Below, piece by piece: positions 5,110-6,138 of a stretch of 6,138 nucleotides of DNA. Position 1 is the first letter of the stretch. Each line of letters opens with the position of its first letter. A model generated the notes under the pieces. That model did not search any database. It was not told the DNA's origin and was given only the letters and a program-made list of their open reading frames with translations. Location: the IMG/VR virus record IMGVR_UViG_3300045988_000907, positions 1-6,138 of that record; one strand, written 5' to 3'. The DNA comes from a virus. Made by a program: the position numbers and the translations under genes.

Positions 5110-6138
5110 ATGAGTGATTTTAATATCTTAGACCGGGCTAGAATTTCTACGCATCGGTCTTCTTTCGACTTGAGTTCGAAAAAACTGTTTACAGCCAAAG
5201 TTGGAGAGATTCTCCCATGTTATTGGCAGATTGCTATTCCTGGCAATAAGTACCGTATTTCCTCTGATTGGTTTACTCGTACTGTTCCGGTTAATACTGC
5301 TGCTTATACTCGTATTAAGGAATACTACGACTTCTATGCTGTGCCGTTACGTCTTATATCTCGTGCTCTTCCACAGGCGTTTACCCAGGTGACGGATTAC
5401 ATGACTTCTGCTTCGTCTAATGTTTCTAATTCAGAACGGTTGACTGATGTTCCGTATGCTCCTCTTGGTAATATCTCCGGCGAGATTCGTAATAGAACGG
5501 CCTCTAATACCTTAGATGATGCTGGTTTTGGCTTTGCTTATGGTTCTTGTAAGTTGCTTGATCTGCTTTGTTATGGCTCGTTTATTGGTACTGGTAATGA
5601 CAAGAAAAAAGAAATTACTCTGCAGTATCTTGGTCTTGATATCGCTTCGTTGGCTGATTCTCAGAATCCTCTTATATATGGAACTAGTGTCAATGTAAAT
5701 CTTCTTCCTATCCTTGCCTATCAGAAGATCTATTTTGATTTCTTTTCTAATTCCCAGTGGGAAAAACATTTGGCTTATTCTTATAATGTTGATTATTGGG
5801 ATGGTAAGAGTTCTGTTGAGATCTCTTCTGATATGATTAAGCTTCGCTATGCGGACTATCCTAAAGATTACTTTCTTGGTGTCTTGCCTAATTCTCAATA
5901 TGGTTCAGTAGCTATTTTGCCGAGTGTGTTTTCTACGTCCTATCCGTCGAATTCTGTCTTGGTTGTTTCTAATGACCGTTCTTCTGTTAGTGGTGTAGAA
6001 AATGTTGCTAGTTCTTCTACGGTTAGCGTTTCCGATCAATCGTCTTCTCTTCGTCCTTCATTTATTAATTCTGACCTCTCCGCCCTCTCAATCCGCGCAA
6101 CAGAATACCTACAACGCTGGAAAGAAGTAGTACAATTC
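5110..6138 (+). CDS. VP1: Major capsid protein VP1 (Microviridae F-like jelly-roll capsid), N-terminal part. The ORF runs off the window end and continues at position 2.
   Basis: I translated from the ATG at 5110 and found no stop through 6138: MSDFNILDRARISTHRSSFDLSSKKLFTAKVGEILPCYW...YDFYAVPLRLISR...LPILAYQKIYFDFFSNSQWEKH... These are typical microvirus VP1 N-terminal motifs (H/R-S-x-FDLS, G-x-L-P, Y/F-x-VP-x-R-L). The ORF is missing from the supplied track only because it has no stop inside the window. Third codon positions are T-rich, like the other genes. Confidence 0.9.
   Translation, partial: MSDFNILDRARISTHRSSFDLSSKKLFTAKVGEILPCYWQIAIPGNKYRISSDWFTRTVPVNTAAYTRIKEYYDFYAVPLRLISRALPQAFTQVTDYMTSASSNVSNSERLTDVPYAPLGNISGEIRNRTASNTLDDAGFGFAYGSCKLLDLLCYGSFIGTGNDKKKEITLQYLGLDIASLADSQNPLIYGTSVNVNLLPILAYQKIYFDFFSNSQWEKHLAYSYNVDYWDGKSSVEISSDMIKLRYADYPKDYFLGVLPNSQYGSVAILPSVFSTSYPSNSVLVVSNDRSSVSGVENVASSSTVSVSDQSSSLRPSFINSDLSALSIRATEYLQRWKEVVQF
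6084..6138. repeat. Terminal direct repeat, copy 2, identical to 1..55. The unit genome length is 6083 nt.
   Basis: Exact 55/55 identity with 1..55. It lies inside the capsid ORF, so it is redundancy from circularisation and not a biological repeat. Confidence 0.97.

Noticed and set aside
294-5698. Same-strand alternative-frame ORFs of 60-114 aa: 294..638, 1270..1482, 1912..2094, 2098..2379, 3703..3963, 4585..4842, 4846..5040, 5201..5392 and 5516..5698.
   Set aside because: Their products are extreme Leu/Phe/Ile/Val strings, which is what off-frame reading of T-rich genes produces. Overprinting cannot be excluded in this family, but nothing distinguishes these from composition artefacts. Only 4030..4581 was long enough to report.
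26-5898. Minus-strand ORFs of 100-128 aa: 26..340, 760..1128, 3079..3390, 3357..3659, 3687..4016, 4862..5080 and 5512..5898.
   Set aside because: All lie antisense to well-supported + strand genes. Their products are Ile/Lys/Asn/Arg-rich, as expected from reading the complement of T-rich coding DNA. I saw no promoter-like motif, and microviruses express a single strand.

Overview
The window is one complete circular Microviridae (ssDNA phage) genome, linearised inside the major capsid gene. Bases 1..55 are identical to 6084..6138, so the unit length is 6083 nt. The capsid reading frame closes exactly across that junction. All convincing genes are on the + strand. In order they are: VP1 major capsid (5110..6083 joined to 1..763, 578 aa), a 147-aa protein, the VP2-type pilot/minor capsid protein (370 aa), a roughly 510-nt non-coding gap, two small ORFs (64 aa and a 27-aa transmembrane peptide), a minimal peptidase-M15 cell-wall hydrolase, and a large HUH replication initiator VP4 (559 aa). 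Three things suggest an Alpavirinae-like, Bacteroidales-infecting microvirus: the large VP1 and VP4, the absence of Shine-Dalgarno sequences before any gene, and an exact Bacteroidetes-type -33/-7 promoter. That lineage call is inference, not a database result. The most unusual feature is a GC-rich (about 55% against 26-30% in its flanks, by hand count), hairpin-dense island of about 250 nt at 2440..2700 with no credible ORF. It could be a complementary-strand origin, an att-like element or a structured RNA, and I cannot place it in any RNA family I know. Secondary points are the small-ORF plus M15 lysis-like module, a GC-rich core of VP4 that coincides with a 183-aa alternative-frame ORF, and a terminator-then-promoter layout implying one genome-length operon. 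I found no tRNA, rRNA, CRISPR array, integrase or transposase.
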